Assembly (NCBI GenBank): GCA_965644295.1
Contig: CBFFRP010000124.1
Location: 1-64,000, forward strand
Source of the DNA: Paraphysomonas bandaiensis
Taxonomy: Eukaryota > Protista > Chrysophyceae
DNA: 64,000 bases
Direction of reading: 5' to 3'
The position numbers and the translations under genes are program-made. Every line of letters begins with the position of its first letter. Position 1 is the first letter of the stretch. The notes beneath the pieces are model-generated. The model did not search any database. It worked only from the letters and a program-made list of their open reading frames with translations, and was not told the DNA's origin. Shown piece after piece: positions 1-11,717 of this stretch.

Positions 1-831
1 CCGGTTAGGGATAAACAAGGTACTTTGTTAGTAACGAAATAAGCGGTATTGGTGATAAATATGAAATTCTTCGTACGAATACATTCTTTGTATTATAATT
101 CTTGTCGCCAATGACAAATGTTGGTAGTGTATATCACTTTATTGCTACTATTGAGCGCGTAATAAATGTAAACATAACTTTATGTAATGTCACATGAACA
201 GAAATCAAGTACTTATATAGTGACGGTTTAATGGATGTGAGTAGTAGCTTTAGCTTCACTGCTGATGGGTGGGAATATTTATGTGCTATACTCAATAAAT
301 TATAGTAGCAAAATGAGTAGTAGAATATATATTTTCCTTAACATATCAAAGTAATAGAGAGCTAGAAATAGAAACAATCTCATTCGTTGTTGTGGTAGCT
401 CTATAGGTTGTAAGTATCCTGAAGGCAGCAGATGCCAGATGCCAGATGCCAGATGCCAGGTGAATCAGCATTCTGCTTGCTCACTGTGTTTGCTTTGAGT
501 GTGTCATTGCAAAACCGTTTCTACTTTTCAATACGTTTATGATTGAGCCTATATCAACTAGATATACCTATTGGACAACAATAACAACCAAGAACGTGTC
601 CACAGATCCGACTAGCAATATAGCAATCATTGACAACATACCACAAGGAGGTAAAAATTCTATATTAATTATTAATTAATTGCAGTCCAAAAATCGAATT
701 GAAAAGAGTCGGGATATAATAAAATAAAGTATAATCTTATCTAATCTAATATGTCTATAGAAGATATGCCACTTAACGACATAATAAGAAGTACGACCCT
801 TTCCAGTGGACATCAATACACTGATTCAGAT

Positions 832-1257
832 CTACGCAGAAGGCTTCTGAAGATTGACCTGAATCTTATGTGGCTTTGCCTCGGGCAACTTAGGGAAGGA
901 GACTGTCAGGACACCATTCTCTAGGTTCGCGGTGCAATTACTAACATCAGCCGTTTTCGGCAACTTCAGGCACCTCTGAACCTGGCCATAACTTCTCTCA
1001 ACTCTGTGCTCCTTCGCTGTGTTGACCTCATGCTTTCTGTCACGTTGTGCCTTCAGAATCAAGCAATTATTCTCAACTGATATATCCAGATCCTTCTCTT
1101 CTACTCCGGGAAGGTCGGCGTGGACATGAAAATCATTCTCTGTCTCGATCAAATCACAGTTCATGATCGGCTGAAGATTTGACACAACTCGGCCTTCATT
1201 CAAAGGAGCAAAGACATCGCGATAAAAGGGATCGTTGCGTAGGATAGACAATGACAT
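832..1257 (-). CDS. HSP20: Small heat shock protein (HSP20/alpha-crystallin), 141 aa
   Basis: ADLPGV, ERSYG..QR...LP, A.LENGVLTV motifs and C-terminal I-Q-V motif. Confidence 0.95.
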   Translation of the reverse strand: MSLSILRNDPFYRDVFAPLNEGRVVSNLQPIMNCDLIETENDFHVHADLPGVEEKDLDISVENNCLILKAQRDRKHEVNTAKEHRVERSYGQVQRCLKLPKTADVSNCTANLENGVLTVSFPKLPEAKPHKIQVNLQKPSA

Positions 1258-1301
1258 TATTATACTTTCCTTGTAGTTAGTTTTATAAGATGGTTGTTGT
1301 G

Positions 1302-1540
1302 GAGTTGTTGATATCGTTGGATTGATATGTGTTTGTTTATTGTGGCGAAATTGGTAAACAAATGTGATATAAAGCGGAATTTTTGCTGAAAATTCAGTTT
1401 TCTAGAGTATTTCTAATACTGTTGACATTCAAAGTTCTAGAAATTAACAACATTGCATCGAAAAACTCTAATTTCTTGTGTTTTATAAATAAGTTCTCCT
1501 CATAATTGTCACAGAAACACAACAAACACGATATCAAACT
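1302..1540. promoter_or_regulatory. Bidirectional heat-shock promoter, unit 1 orientation
   Basis: nGAAn inverted pentamers (TGAAAATTCA ~1387, TTCTAGAA ~1435) and TATA-like boxes (~1367, ~1484) between divergent HSP20 genes. Confidence 0.75.
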
Positions 1541-1584
1541 CACAACAACCATCTTATAAAACTAACTACAAGGAAAGTATAATA

Positions 1585-2010
1585 ATGTCATTGTCTATCC
1601 TACGCAACGATCCCTTTTATCGCGATGTCTTTGCTCCTTTGAATGAAGGCCGAGTTGTGTCAAATCTTCAGCCGATCATGAACTGTGATTTGATCGAGAC
1701 AGAGAATGATTTTCATGTCCACGCCGACCTTCCCGGAGTAGAAGAGAAGGATCTGGATATATCAGTTGAGAATAATTGCTTGATTCTGAAGGCACAACGT
1801 GACAGAAAGCATGAGGTCAACACAGCGAAGGAGCACAGAGTTGAGAGAAGTTATGGCCAGGTTCAGAGGTGCCTGAAGTTGCCGAAAACGGCTGATGTTA
1901 GTAATTGCACCGCGAACCTAGAGAATGGTGTCCTGACAGTCTCCTTCCCTAAGTTGCCCGAGGCAAAGCCACATAAGATTCAGGTCAATCTTCAGAAGCC
2001 TTCTGCGTAG
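1585..2010 (+). CDS. HSP20: Small heat shock protein, identical copy
   Basis: Identical translation to 832..1257. Confidence 0.95.
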   Translation: MSLSILRNDPFYRDVFAPLNEGRVVSNLQPIMNCDLIETENDFHVHADLPGVEEKDLDISVENNCLILKAQRDRKHEVNTAKEHRVERSYGQVQRCLKLPKTADVSNCTANLENGVLTVSFPKLPEAKPHKIQVNLQKPSA

Positions 2011-3181
2011 ATCTGAATCAGTGTATTGATGTCCACTGGAAAGGGTCGTACTTCTTATTATGTCGTTAAGTGGCATATCTTCTATAGACATATTAGATTA
2101 GATAAGATTATACTTTATTTTATTATATCCCGACTCTTTTCGATTCGATTTTTGGACTGCAATTAATTAATAATTAATATAACTTTGAATGATTCTATTA
2201 TATTTTTGAGATGTAGTTAATATAACTTGTTGTGATATCCTACTAACTACAAGTATAGTAGTTGTGTTACTTAGCAAGTGATGTAAAAGCTGTTATAGTT
2301 TGCTACACTGTTGTAGTATTGGTAGTGTAGGTAGCTGTCAATGAGAGTCAGCCTGTAGAGTACCGGTTAGGGATAAGGACTTTGTTAGTAACGAAATAAG
2401 CGGTATTGGTGATAAATATGAAATTCTTCGTACGAATACATTCTTTGTATTATAATTCTTGTCGCCAATGACAAATGTTGGTAGTGTATATCACTTTATT
2501 GCTACTATTGAGCGCGTAATAAATGTAAACATAACTTTATGTAATGTCACATGAACAGAAATCAAGTACTTATATAGTGACGGTTTAATGGATGTGAGTA
2601 GTAGCTTTAGCTTCACTGCTGATGGGTGGGAATATTTATGTGCTATACTCAATAAATTATAGTAGCAAAATGAGTAGTAGAATATATATTTTCCTTAACA
2701 TATCAAAGTAATAGAGAGCTAGAAATAGAAACAATCTCATTCGTTGTTGTGGTAGCTCTATAGGTTGTAAGTATCCTGAAGGCAGCAGATGCCAGATGCC
2801 AGATGCCAGGTGAATCAGCATTCTGCTTGCTCACTGTGTTTGCTTTGAGTGTGTCATTGCAAAACCGTTTCTACTTTTCAATACGTTTATGATTGAGCCT
2901 ATATCAACTAGATATACCTATTGGACAACAATAACAACCAAGAACGTGTCCACAGATCCGACTAGCAATATAGCAATCATTGACAACATACCACAAGGAG
3001 GTAAAAATTCTATATTAATTATTAATTAATTGCAGTCCAAAAATCGAATTGAAAAGAGTCGGGATATAATAAAATAAAGTATAATCTTATCTAATCTAAT
3101 ATGTCTATAGAAGATATGCCACTTAACGACATAATAAGAAGTACGACCCTTTCCAGTGGACATCAATACACTGATTCAGAT

Positions 3182-3607
3182 CTACGCAGAAGGCTTCTGA
3201 AGATTGACCTGAATCTTATGTGGCTTTGCCTCGGGCAACTTAGGGAAGGAGACTGTCAGGACACCATTCTCTAGGTTCGCGGTGCAATTACTAACATCAG
3301 CCGTTTTCGGCAACTTCAGGCACCTCTGAACCTGGCCATAACTTCTCTCAACTCTGTGCTCCTTCGCTGTGTTGACCTCATGCTTTCTGTCACGTTGTGC
3401 CTTCAGAATCAAGCAATTATTCTCAACTGATATATCCAGATCCTTCTCTTCTACTCCGGGAAGGTCGGCGTGGACATGAAAATCATTCTCTGTCTCGATC
3501 AAATCACAGTTCATGATCGGCTGAAGATTTGACACAACTCGGCCTTCATTCAAAGGAGCAAAGACATCGCGATAAAAGGGATCGTTGCGTAGGATAGACA
3601 ATGACAT
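3182..3607 (-). CDS. HSP20: Small heat shock protein, identical copy
   Basis: Identical translation. Confidence 0.95.
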   Translation of the reverse strand: MSLSILRNDPFYRDVFAPLNEGRVVSNLQPIMNCDLIETENDFHVHADLPGVEEKDLDISVENNCLILKAQRDRKHEVNTAKEHRVERSYGQVQRCLKLPKTADVSNCTANLENGVLTVSFPKLPEAKPHKIQVNLQKPSA

Positions 3608-3651
3608 TATTATACTTTCCTTGTAGTTAGTTTTATAAGATGGTTGTTGTG

Positions 3652-3890
3652 AGTTTGATATCGTGTTTGTTGTGTTTCTGTGACAATTATGAGGAGAACT
3701 TATTTATAAAACACAAGAAATTAGAGTTTTTCGATGCAATGTTGTTAATTTCTAGAACTTGAATGTCAACAGTATTAGAAATACTCTAGAAAACTGAATT
3801 TTCAGCAAAAATTCCGCTTTATATCACATTTGTTTACCAATTTCGCTCACAATAAACAAACACATATCAATCCAACGATATCAACAACTC
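3652..3890. promoter_or_regulatory. Bidirectional heat-shock promoter, inverted relative to unit 1
   Basis: Reverse complement of 1302-1540. Confidence 0.75.
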
Positions 3891-3934
3891 CACAACAACC
3901 ATCTTATAAAACTAACTACAAGGAAAGTATAATA

Positions 3935-4360
3935 ATGTCATTGTCTATCCTACGCAACGATCCCTTTTATCGCGATGTCTTTGCTCCTTTGAATGAAGGC
4001 CGAGTTGTGTCAAATCTTCAGCCGATCATGAACTGTGATTTGATCGAGACAGAGAATGATTTTCATGTCCACGCCGACCTTCCCGGAGTAGAAGAGAAGG
4101 ATCTGGATATATCAGTTGAGAATAATTGCTTGATTCTGAAGGCACAACGTGACAGAAAGCATGAGGTCAACACAGCGAAGGAGCACAGAGTTGAGAGAAG
4201 TTATGGCCAGGTTCAGAGGTGCCTGAAGTTGCCGAAAACGGCTGATGTTAGTAATTGCACCGCGAACCTAGAGAATGGTGTCCTGACAGTCTCCTTCCCT
4301 AAGTTGCCCGAGGCAAAGCCACATAAGATTCAGGTCAATCTTCAGAAGCCTTCTGCGTAG
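3935..4360 (+). CDS. HSP20: Small heat shock protein, identical copy
   Basis: Identical translation from the MSLSIL ATG; the longer TTG-started ORF is not used. Confidence 0.95.
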   Translation: MSLSILRNDPFYRDVFAPLNEGRVVSNLQPIMNCDLIETENDFHVHADLPGVEEKDLDISVENNCLILKAQRDRKHEVNTAKEHRVERSYGQVQRCLKLPKTADVSNCTANLENGVLTVSFPKLPEAKPHKIQVNLQKPSA

Positions 4361-5529
4361 ATCTGAATCAGTGTATTGATGTCCACTGGAAAGGGTCGTA
4401 CTTCTTATTATGTCGTTAAGTGGCATATCTTCTATAGACATATTAGATTAGATAAGATTATACTTTATTTTATTATATCCCGACTCTTTTCGATTCGATT
4501 TTTGGACTGCAATTAATTAATAATTAATATAACTTTGAATGATTCTATTATATTTTTGAGATGTAGTTAATATAACTTGTTGTGATATCCTACTAACTAC
4601 AAGTATAGTAGTTGTGTTACTTAGCAAGTGATGTAAAAGCTGTTATAGTTTGCTACACTGTTGTAGTATTGGTAGTGTAGGTAGCTGTCAATGAGAGTCA
4701 GCCTGTAGAGTACCGGTTAGGGATAAACTTTGTTAGTAACGAAATAAGCGGTATTGGTGATAAATATGAAATTCTTCGTACGAATACATTCTTTGTATTA
4801 TAATTCTTGTCGCCAATGACAAATGTTGGTAGTGTATATCACTTTATTGCTACTATTGAGCGCGTAATAAATGTAAACATAACTTTATGTAATGTCACAT
4901 GAACAGAAATCAAGTACTTATATAGTGACGGTTTAATGGATGTGAGTAGTAGCTTTAGCTTCACTGCTGATGGGTGGGAATATTTATGTGCTATACTCAA
5001 TAAATTATAGTAGCAAAATGAGTAGTAGAATATATATTTTCCTTAACATATCAAAGTAATAGAGAGCTAGAAATAGAAACAATCTCATTCGTTGTTGTGG
5101 TAGCTCTATAGGTTGTAAGTATCCTGAAGGCAGCAAATGCCAGATGCCAGATGCCAGGTGAATCAGCATTCTGCTTGCTCACTGTGTTTGCTTTGAGTGT
5201 GTCATTGCAAAACCGTTTCTACTTTTCAATACGTTTATGATTGAGCCTATATCAACTAGATATACCTATTGGACAACAATAACAACCAAGAACGTGTCCA
5301 CAGATCCGACTAGCAATATAGCAATCATTGACAACATACCACAAGGAGGTAAAAATTCTATATTAATTATTAATTAATTGCAGTCCAAAAATCGAATTGA
5401 AAAGAGTCGGGATATAATAAAATAAAGTATAATCTTATCTAATCTAATATGTCTATAGAAGATATGCCACTTAACGACATAATAAGAAGTACGACCCTTT
5501 CCAGTGGACATCAATACACTGATTCAGAT

Positions 5530-5955
5530 CTACGCAGAAGGCTTCTGAAGATTGACCTGAATCTTATGTGGCTTTGCCTCGGGCAACTTAGGGAAGGAGA
5601 CTGTCAGGACACCATTCTCTAGGTTCGCGGTGCAATTACTAACATCAGCCGTTTTCGGCAACTTCAGGCACCTCTGAACCTGGCCATAACTTCTCTCAAC
5701 TCTGTGCTCCTTCGCTGTGTTGACCTCATGCTTTCTGTCACGTTGTGCCTTCAGAATCAAGCAATTATTCTCAACTGATATATCCAGATCCTTCTCTTCT
5801 ACTCCGGGAAGGTCGGCGTGGACATGAAAATCATTCTCTGTCTCGATCAAATCACAGTTCATGATCGGCTGAAGATTTGACACAACTCGGCCTTCATTCA
5901 AAGGAGCAAAGACATCGCGATAAAAGGGATCGTTGCGTAGGATAGACAATGACAT
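5530..5955 (-). CDS. HSP20: Small heat shock protein, identical copy
   Basis: Identical translation. Confidence 0.95.
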   Translation of the reverse strand: MSLSILRNDPFYRDVFAPLNEGRVVSNLQPIMNCDLIETENDFHVHADLPGVEEKDLDISVENNCLILKAQRDRKHEVNTAKEHRVERSYGQVQRCLKLPKTADVSNCTANLENGVLTVSFPKLPEAKPHKIQVNLQKPSA

Positions 5956-5999
5956 TATTATACTTTCCTTGTAGTTAGTTTTATAAGATGGTTGTTGTG

Positions 6000-6237
6000 A
6001 GTTTGATATCGTGTTTGTTGTGTTTCTGTGACAATTATGAGGAGAACTTATTTATAAAACACAAGAAATTAGAGTTTTTCGATGCAATGTTGTTAATTTC
6101 TAGAACTTGAATGTCAACAGTATTAGAAATACTCTAGAAAACTGAATTTTCAGCAAAAATTCCGCTTTATATCACATTTGTTTACCAATTTCGCCACAAT
6201 AAACAAACACATATCAATCCAACGATATCAACAACTC
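6000..6237. promoter_or_regulatory. Bidirectional heat-shock promoter, inverted relative to unit 1
   Basis: Same orientation as unit 2. Confidence 0.75.
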
Positions 6238-6281
6238 CACAACAACCATCTTATAAAACTAACTACAAGGAAAGTATAATA

Positions 6282-6707
6282 ATGTCATTGTCTATCCTAC
6301 GCAACGATCCCTTTTATCGCGATGTCTTTGCTCCTTTGAATGAAGGCCGAGTTGTGTCAAATCTTCAGCCGATCATGAACTGTGATTTGATCGAGACAGA
6401 GAATGATTTTCATGTCCACGCCGACCTTCCCGGAGTAGAAGAGAAGGATCTGGATATATCAGTTGAGAATAATTGCTTGATTCTGAAGGCACAACGTGAC
6501 AGAAAGCATGAGGTCAACACAGCGAAGGAGCACAGAGTTGAGAGAAGTTATGGCCAGGTTCAGAGGTGCCTGAAGTTGCCGAAAACGGCTGATGTTAGTA
6601 ATTGCACCGCGAACCTAGAGAATGGTGTCCTGACAGTCTCCTTCCCTAAGTTGCCCGAGGCAAAGCCACATAAGATTCAGGTCAATCTTCAGAAGCCTTC
6701 TGCGTAG
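6282..6707 (+). CDS. HSP20: Small heat shock protein, identical copy
   Basis: Identical translation. Confidence 0.95.
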   Translation: MSLSILRNDPFYRDVFAPLNEGRVVSNLQPIMNCDLIETENDFHVHADLPGVEEKDLDISVENNCLILKAQRDRKHEVNTAKEHRVERSYGQVQRCLKLPKTADVSNCTANLENGVLTVSFPKLPEAKPHKIQVNLQKPSA

Positions 6708-7466
6708 ATCTGAATCAGTGTATTGATGTCCACTGGAAAGGGTCGTACTTCTTATTATGTCGTTAAGTGGCATATCTTCTATAGACATATTAGATTAGAT
6801 AAGATTATACTTTATTTTATTATATCCCGACTCTTTTCGATTCGATTTTTGGACTGCAATTAATTAATAATTAATATAACTTTGAATGATTCTATTATAT
6901 TTTTGAGATGTAGTTAATATATCTTGTTGTGATATCCTACTAACTACAAGTATAGTAGTTGTGTTACTTAACAAGTGATGTAAAAGCTGTTATAGTTTGC
7001 TACACTGTTGTAGTATTGGTAGTGTAGGTAGCTGTCAATGAGAGTCAGCCTGTAGAGTACCGGTTAGGGATAAACTTTGTTAGTAACGAAATAAGCGGTA
7101 TTGGTGATAAATATGAAATTCTTCGTACGAATACATTCTTTGTATTATAATTCTTGTCGCCAATGACAAATGTTGGTAGTGTATATCACTTTATTGCTAT
7201 TATTGAGCGCGTAATAAATGTAAACATAACTTTATGTAATGTCACATTAACAGAAGTAACAGTATCTTCGATGCATTATATTGAGCTCGTTGTTTCCCAT
7301 TTTACTCTGAATTATTTTAATATAACTTTCAACTTTTAAAGCTTGTTTGTACTGCAAATACGGTAATCGTTTGCAATTGCCTTAATATCAACAGTTCGAG
7401 TAATGCAGTCAGTACTGTCAAAATATTTTCGAAGATCCATTGATTTTAAGTACAATGATGTGCTCT

Positions 7467-9171
7467 TTAGTTCCATGCTTCTCCACAAATACACTCCCCA
7501 TTCCTCGTAGAATTGTTCATCCAGCAGCAGGGACATACTTCACTGCGAAGCTTCTAGAAATATATAGAACAGTTCAGCATATAAGTTTCAGTTATCGCCT
7601 GCTGTATACTCACCGACGACCGAAACCAAAAAATTGCATTGTACCTCTCCCTTCCGCCTGTGAGCTCTTCAACCTGGAATAGCACCGTCAGAGATAGCAG
7701 ATATGATACAGCTATTAAACCTCATGAATATGTCGCCCGAGGTGAACCAGAGCTTGACCGATTCGCTCCGGACGAAAACGGAAATGTTCCTTGATATTAG
7801 TATCGGATGTCTTGCAGCCATCGGTTCTCATTCCTCTGCACTCACGTCACATTTATACCTATAAAATATAGTCCCTACATACCGGAAAACGAGATCACCC
7901 CCTCGATAGGATGTTCCTGGTACCAATGCCACATTTAATGTAACCTGTATACAAACATGTTATATGTATTTCAGTCTGTTCGCGACACCTCTGAATCATC
8001 CGTGTGAGTCACAAGGCCAGATCTCCTAGCCCCTAGTCTAGAACACACACATGTAAATATAATCCCAAAAACGTCTACACTCACTCATTGTAATGGTACA
8101 TATCTCCAGTTTCTGATCGGCGTTCGTGTGTATAACCTACAAATGCTGAGATAAATAGCGTACTTCCAACTGCATTACCAGCGATGAAACCCTGTACCCA
8201 ATCGAGTGTACTATTCTACAAGTGCGTATGTTAGATACGTTAGTTAACTGCCACTTCTCCTGCCTTAAACTGTGCTGGATAAGCAATTAAAGAGAGAGCG
8301 TTGACTATCCAAAGCATAGCAGATTCCAAGTGTGAAAGTCCCACTACAGACATTGACGGAGGCCTCTATACATACTATAAGAACAAGGGCAGCATTAGCT
8401 TCTTTACCTTAGCTAGTGTTGTAACAGCACTCAATTCAGTGTTTGACATATCACGCCTTTGAAGCACCTCCTGTGCGGGAATTAATATATTAGGGAACTC
8501 TGATGGAGGGCATTCTACAATTTACATTTAAAAACCGGACATATGCCGCTGTCTGATCAAGAACTGCATTACATGCCATCGGTGTCAAAATATCGATGCT
8601 GACGAGAAGTCACATTGAGTAGTAATAAAAATACTTAATATACCTGAATATGCCATCGGCTTCTTCCTCCATAGTTTCCATAAGCTCTCCCAGCATCGTA
8701 TGTGTAACTCTTATATTCATTAAATACTCTGAAATATTCAAAACAATAGCAATAAATAATGCTATGAGAGGCTTGTTTCCACGCACCAAATGTCACTTGT
8801 TCCAGGTTCAGCGCACTGACAACACTATCTGAAAACCACTCCTTACATAATGTTGTGTTACTAATAGGGCTGGGATGAGTCTCATGGAACAAAGAGGAAA
8901 TCTCACGTATACTTTGCATCTCAGCTTTCTGTGCACGCACCATCCGTAGCTGGTTCTCTAACAATGATTCCACATGCTCTATTTGATCCGCCTGAGGCCA
9001 ACATCACCGCCATGCAATTACAATATACAGACAAACACATCAAGAACTAACCCCCATTCTATATAGATAATTGGGATAATGATTGAGCCCCCATGAAATA
9101 TGAAGACACTCTGATAGAGATCTGTCAGGGGATAAACTTTTCTCCTTTTCGTTAATTCGCTGTCCTAACAT
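7467..9171 (-). CDS. Multi-exon 2OG-Fe(II) oxygenase, OGFOD2-like; start approximate
   Basis: Minus-strand exons read LVTHTDDSEV (HxD, ~8000), YRGGDLVF, GQALVHLGRHIHE, ERYNAIFWFRS, ending CPCCWMN...CICGEAWN*. Confidence 0.75.
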
Positions 9172-9458
9172 CCACAATCGGCTGGAGGCTTCAATCAATT
9201 TCAATTAATGTATGCAGGTAATCAGCTGCAGCTCATGCAGATCACCGCATATATCTGGATATGCGGGCCTCTGCTCTGTGAAGACGAAGTGAAGTCGGCA
9301 CTTCTCAGCTCACTTCATGAATATTCTTTTATGGTATTTTCATGACTACTGTCTGTATTATTATGTATTTCATGGTAGCATGCGGTATATACGATGCACA
9401 CACAGAGCGCAGCACTGCTGTATGTCCGACTTAACTGTCCACACTGCACACTGTACTG

Positions 9459-9601
9459 CACACTCTACCCTGCACACTCTACCCTGCACACTCTACCCTG
9501 CACACTCTACCCTGCACACTCTACCCTGCACACTCTACCCTGCACACTCTACCCTGCACACTCTACCCTGCACACTCTACCCTGCACACTCTACCCTGCA
9601 C
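9459..9601 (+). repeat. 14-bp minisatellite (CACACTCTACCCTG) x ~10
   Basis: Perfect tandem copies. Confidence 0.95.
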
Positions 9602-9650
9602 TCGTAATTCAAGCAGCCTAGAAGGTGCGATTGAAGCCTTTAACAATAGT

Positions 9651-10823
9651 ATGAGGCAGCTGACTGTTCTCCTGGTTGGACTGTGTGTATGTGGTGTGTG
9701 TGTTGGTATAGTCCCCCCCCACTGCGAGAACACAAACAGTAAACTAGTGACTCATTCTGCCGTTAACACCAAAAAATACATTCTACCTTACTTGAAAGGC
9801 AACCAGCTATTTAAAAACGACAGGAACGGATTGATGCGGCGCGTGTATAAACTTTCTATATTGCGATACGCCTCTGCAGCAACGACACGACTGAAGGCAT
9901 TCATGGGGAGATATGCGCAACACATCTACCGAATATTTGGAGTTATGAGTGTTCCAAGTCCCAATCATATTGACAAAGTGGAAGAGGATAATATTGAATA
10001 TAGATATGGTGGCCAATCGCTCTCGAGCCATTTGAGAGATCTCGTCAGCTCGACACTGCGTGATATTACTAGAGATGCTGAATTTATTTTGCAAGCACAC
10101 ACAGCTGGGTTAGATATCAATGAAGATTTAATTGCAAGATATTTTGCTGGATGTGAATGGAGAAATACATATCACGGTTTAACGTATGATATCACGCTTC
10201 ATATAATGACATGAGTCGTAACATCTTCTTTTTTCAGAATTAAGGAGGCCGTTAAAGAAGCTGTACGACTTCGTGAGGTCTATAATGTAGCGACTGGAGC
10301 AAATGGCACTGCACTCGAATTAGTAATGAGAGGAGTATTTCAGATTAATGGGACAGATAAGATTGGTAGACCAGTAATACTCATACGTCCAGGACTGCTG
10401 GTGGACAGACAGGTGTCGGAAGATTACATCAGTGCAATGCTCCACGTATTGGAGAGGTAACTACGTTGACTTCTATCATGTATGCATTTAAATGTTAGTG
10501 TGCTGTGATGGATTAGGGCAGAGAGTATATGCAAGGAGAACAAAGTGGAGAATTTTGTGTCTGTAATAGACATGACAAGTTTCCAATGGCATCATATGCC
10601 TCCTATGCGGACTGTAGCTGATGCCATGACGGTTCTAAAGTTTTTGTATCCAGACCGCATGGGTGTTCTTTATGTTGTTAATCCGGGTAAGTTTTTTAAT
10701 TTTGTGTGGCGAGTAGTAAAGCCCCTAATATCAAAAAAATCACAATCGAATGTTCACATACTAACATTAGAGGAGTATCAAACAATAAGTACTGCAGAGT
10801 CAATAAGTGATGAAATATACTAG
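9651..10823 (+). CDS. CRAL-TRIO (Sec14-like) lipid-binding protein with hydrophobic N-terminus, 3 exons
   Basis: GTDKIGRPVILIRPG, VIDMTSF, YPDRMGVLYVVNP..FFNFVWRVVKPLI motifs; GT-AG introns near 10184-10237 and 10457-10516. Confidence 0.85.
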
Positions 10824-11302
10824 ACGCTTACTATTAAATCAGTTTATGTCTATTTGTCTTCAATTGATACTGGTACTTTATTCATGTGTCCGAAAGTAAT
10901 TTTCGTCCTGTAAAGTTGGCACATGGGTACATATTCTACTACTTCGACTTATTGAATATAGTTTAGCTAGTTTCGTAAATAGAAGTGTGGATGAATACAT
11001 CTGATAAAAACTTGCGATAATGAATGATTATAATCCCATCCCATTGTGTTATAAATAATAGAAATTGTTATACTTATAATTTACGTTGTATTCTATCACA
11101 CCTACTTCAACAACTCAACTTTTTATCTCTGAGTAGTTGAGTAGGGTTTTTACATGTGAATCTAAGTATATATTTCAAAGAAATAAAAGAGATGCTAAAT
11201 CTAACTGTACCACTTTCAATTTGCACTCTAAATGGACATTTCTAAAAATTGTAAAATCCCAATGTCATTTATGTCCACTCATAAGATTAGCACAGTTTTC
11301 TG

Positions 11303-11704
11303 TATTGAATGTCTGATTATTTAGCAATAGGCGTTGAAAGCCTGCACCAATTAGTGGCTAGAAGAATGCTAGTCATACTAGTTAGACTACTACCCGTAAC
11401 TAATCAATACAAACTCTTTTATCCTACTATTTAACGCTACAGAAGCTGCTTGTGCGTCGCCGCAAGCACCAAGGTGCAACCACTTCCGTTCTTAGTGTGT
11501 GTTATGAGGCTCGCCATGATCGTGTGTCCTGGGACTCACCGGCGCGTGTGATCTGGAGGTCTCCTCTTGGGATGAGACTCCACTCGCTATATGATAGATA
11601 GCCTTATGTACCTCACGGGGACTGACTTATTAGCCTTATGGCAGTTAGGGGAAACAGTAATATGCCCTTCTGAGATTGGCGATCTGGTGGCCTTCCTTTA
11701 GGCA
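11303..11704 (-). mobile_element. 5'-truncated copy of the 1.7 kb family A retroposon
   Basis: Reverse complement of ~38105-38505. Confidence 0.9.
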
Positions 11705-11717
11705 CAATACATATTAT

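Larger units (their letters stand above)
661..2181. repeat. Long inverted repeat: ~641 bp arms (661-1301, 1541-2181) around a ~239 bp spacer; repeated in units 2 and 3
   Basis: Arms are reverse complements with one visible mismatch. Confidence 0.93.
1..7255. repeat. Tandem array of ~2.35 kb units, each with a palindromic HSP20 gene pair; truncated by the window on the left
   Basis: Marker CCGGTTAGGGATAA recurs at 1, 2363, 4713 and 7060; units nearly identical; homology ends near 7255. Confidence 0.97.

Noticed and set aside
3830-3934. N-terminally extended HSP20 isoform (176 aa)
   Set aside because: Starts at TTG and depends on a 1-bp insertion found only in the unit 2 spacer
7336-7682. Short ORFs of 66 and 80 aa
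   Set aside because: Shadow frames of the oxygenase last exons
9317-9621. ORFs with HSTLHTLPCTLYPA repeats
   Set aside because: Translation of the 14-bp minisatellite
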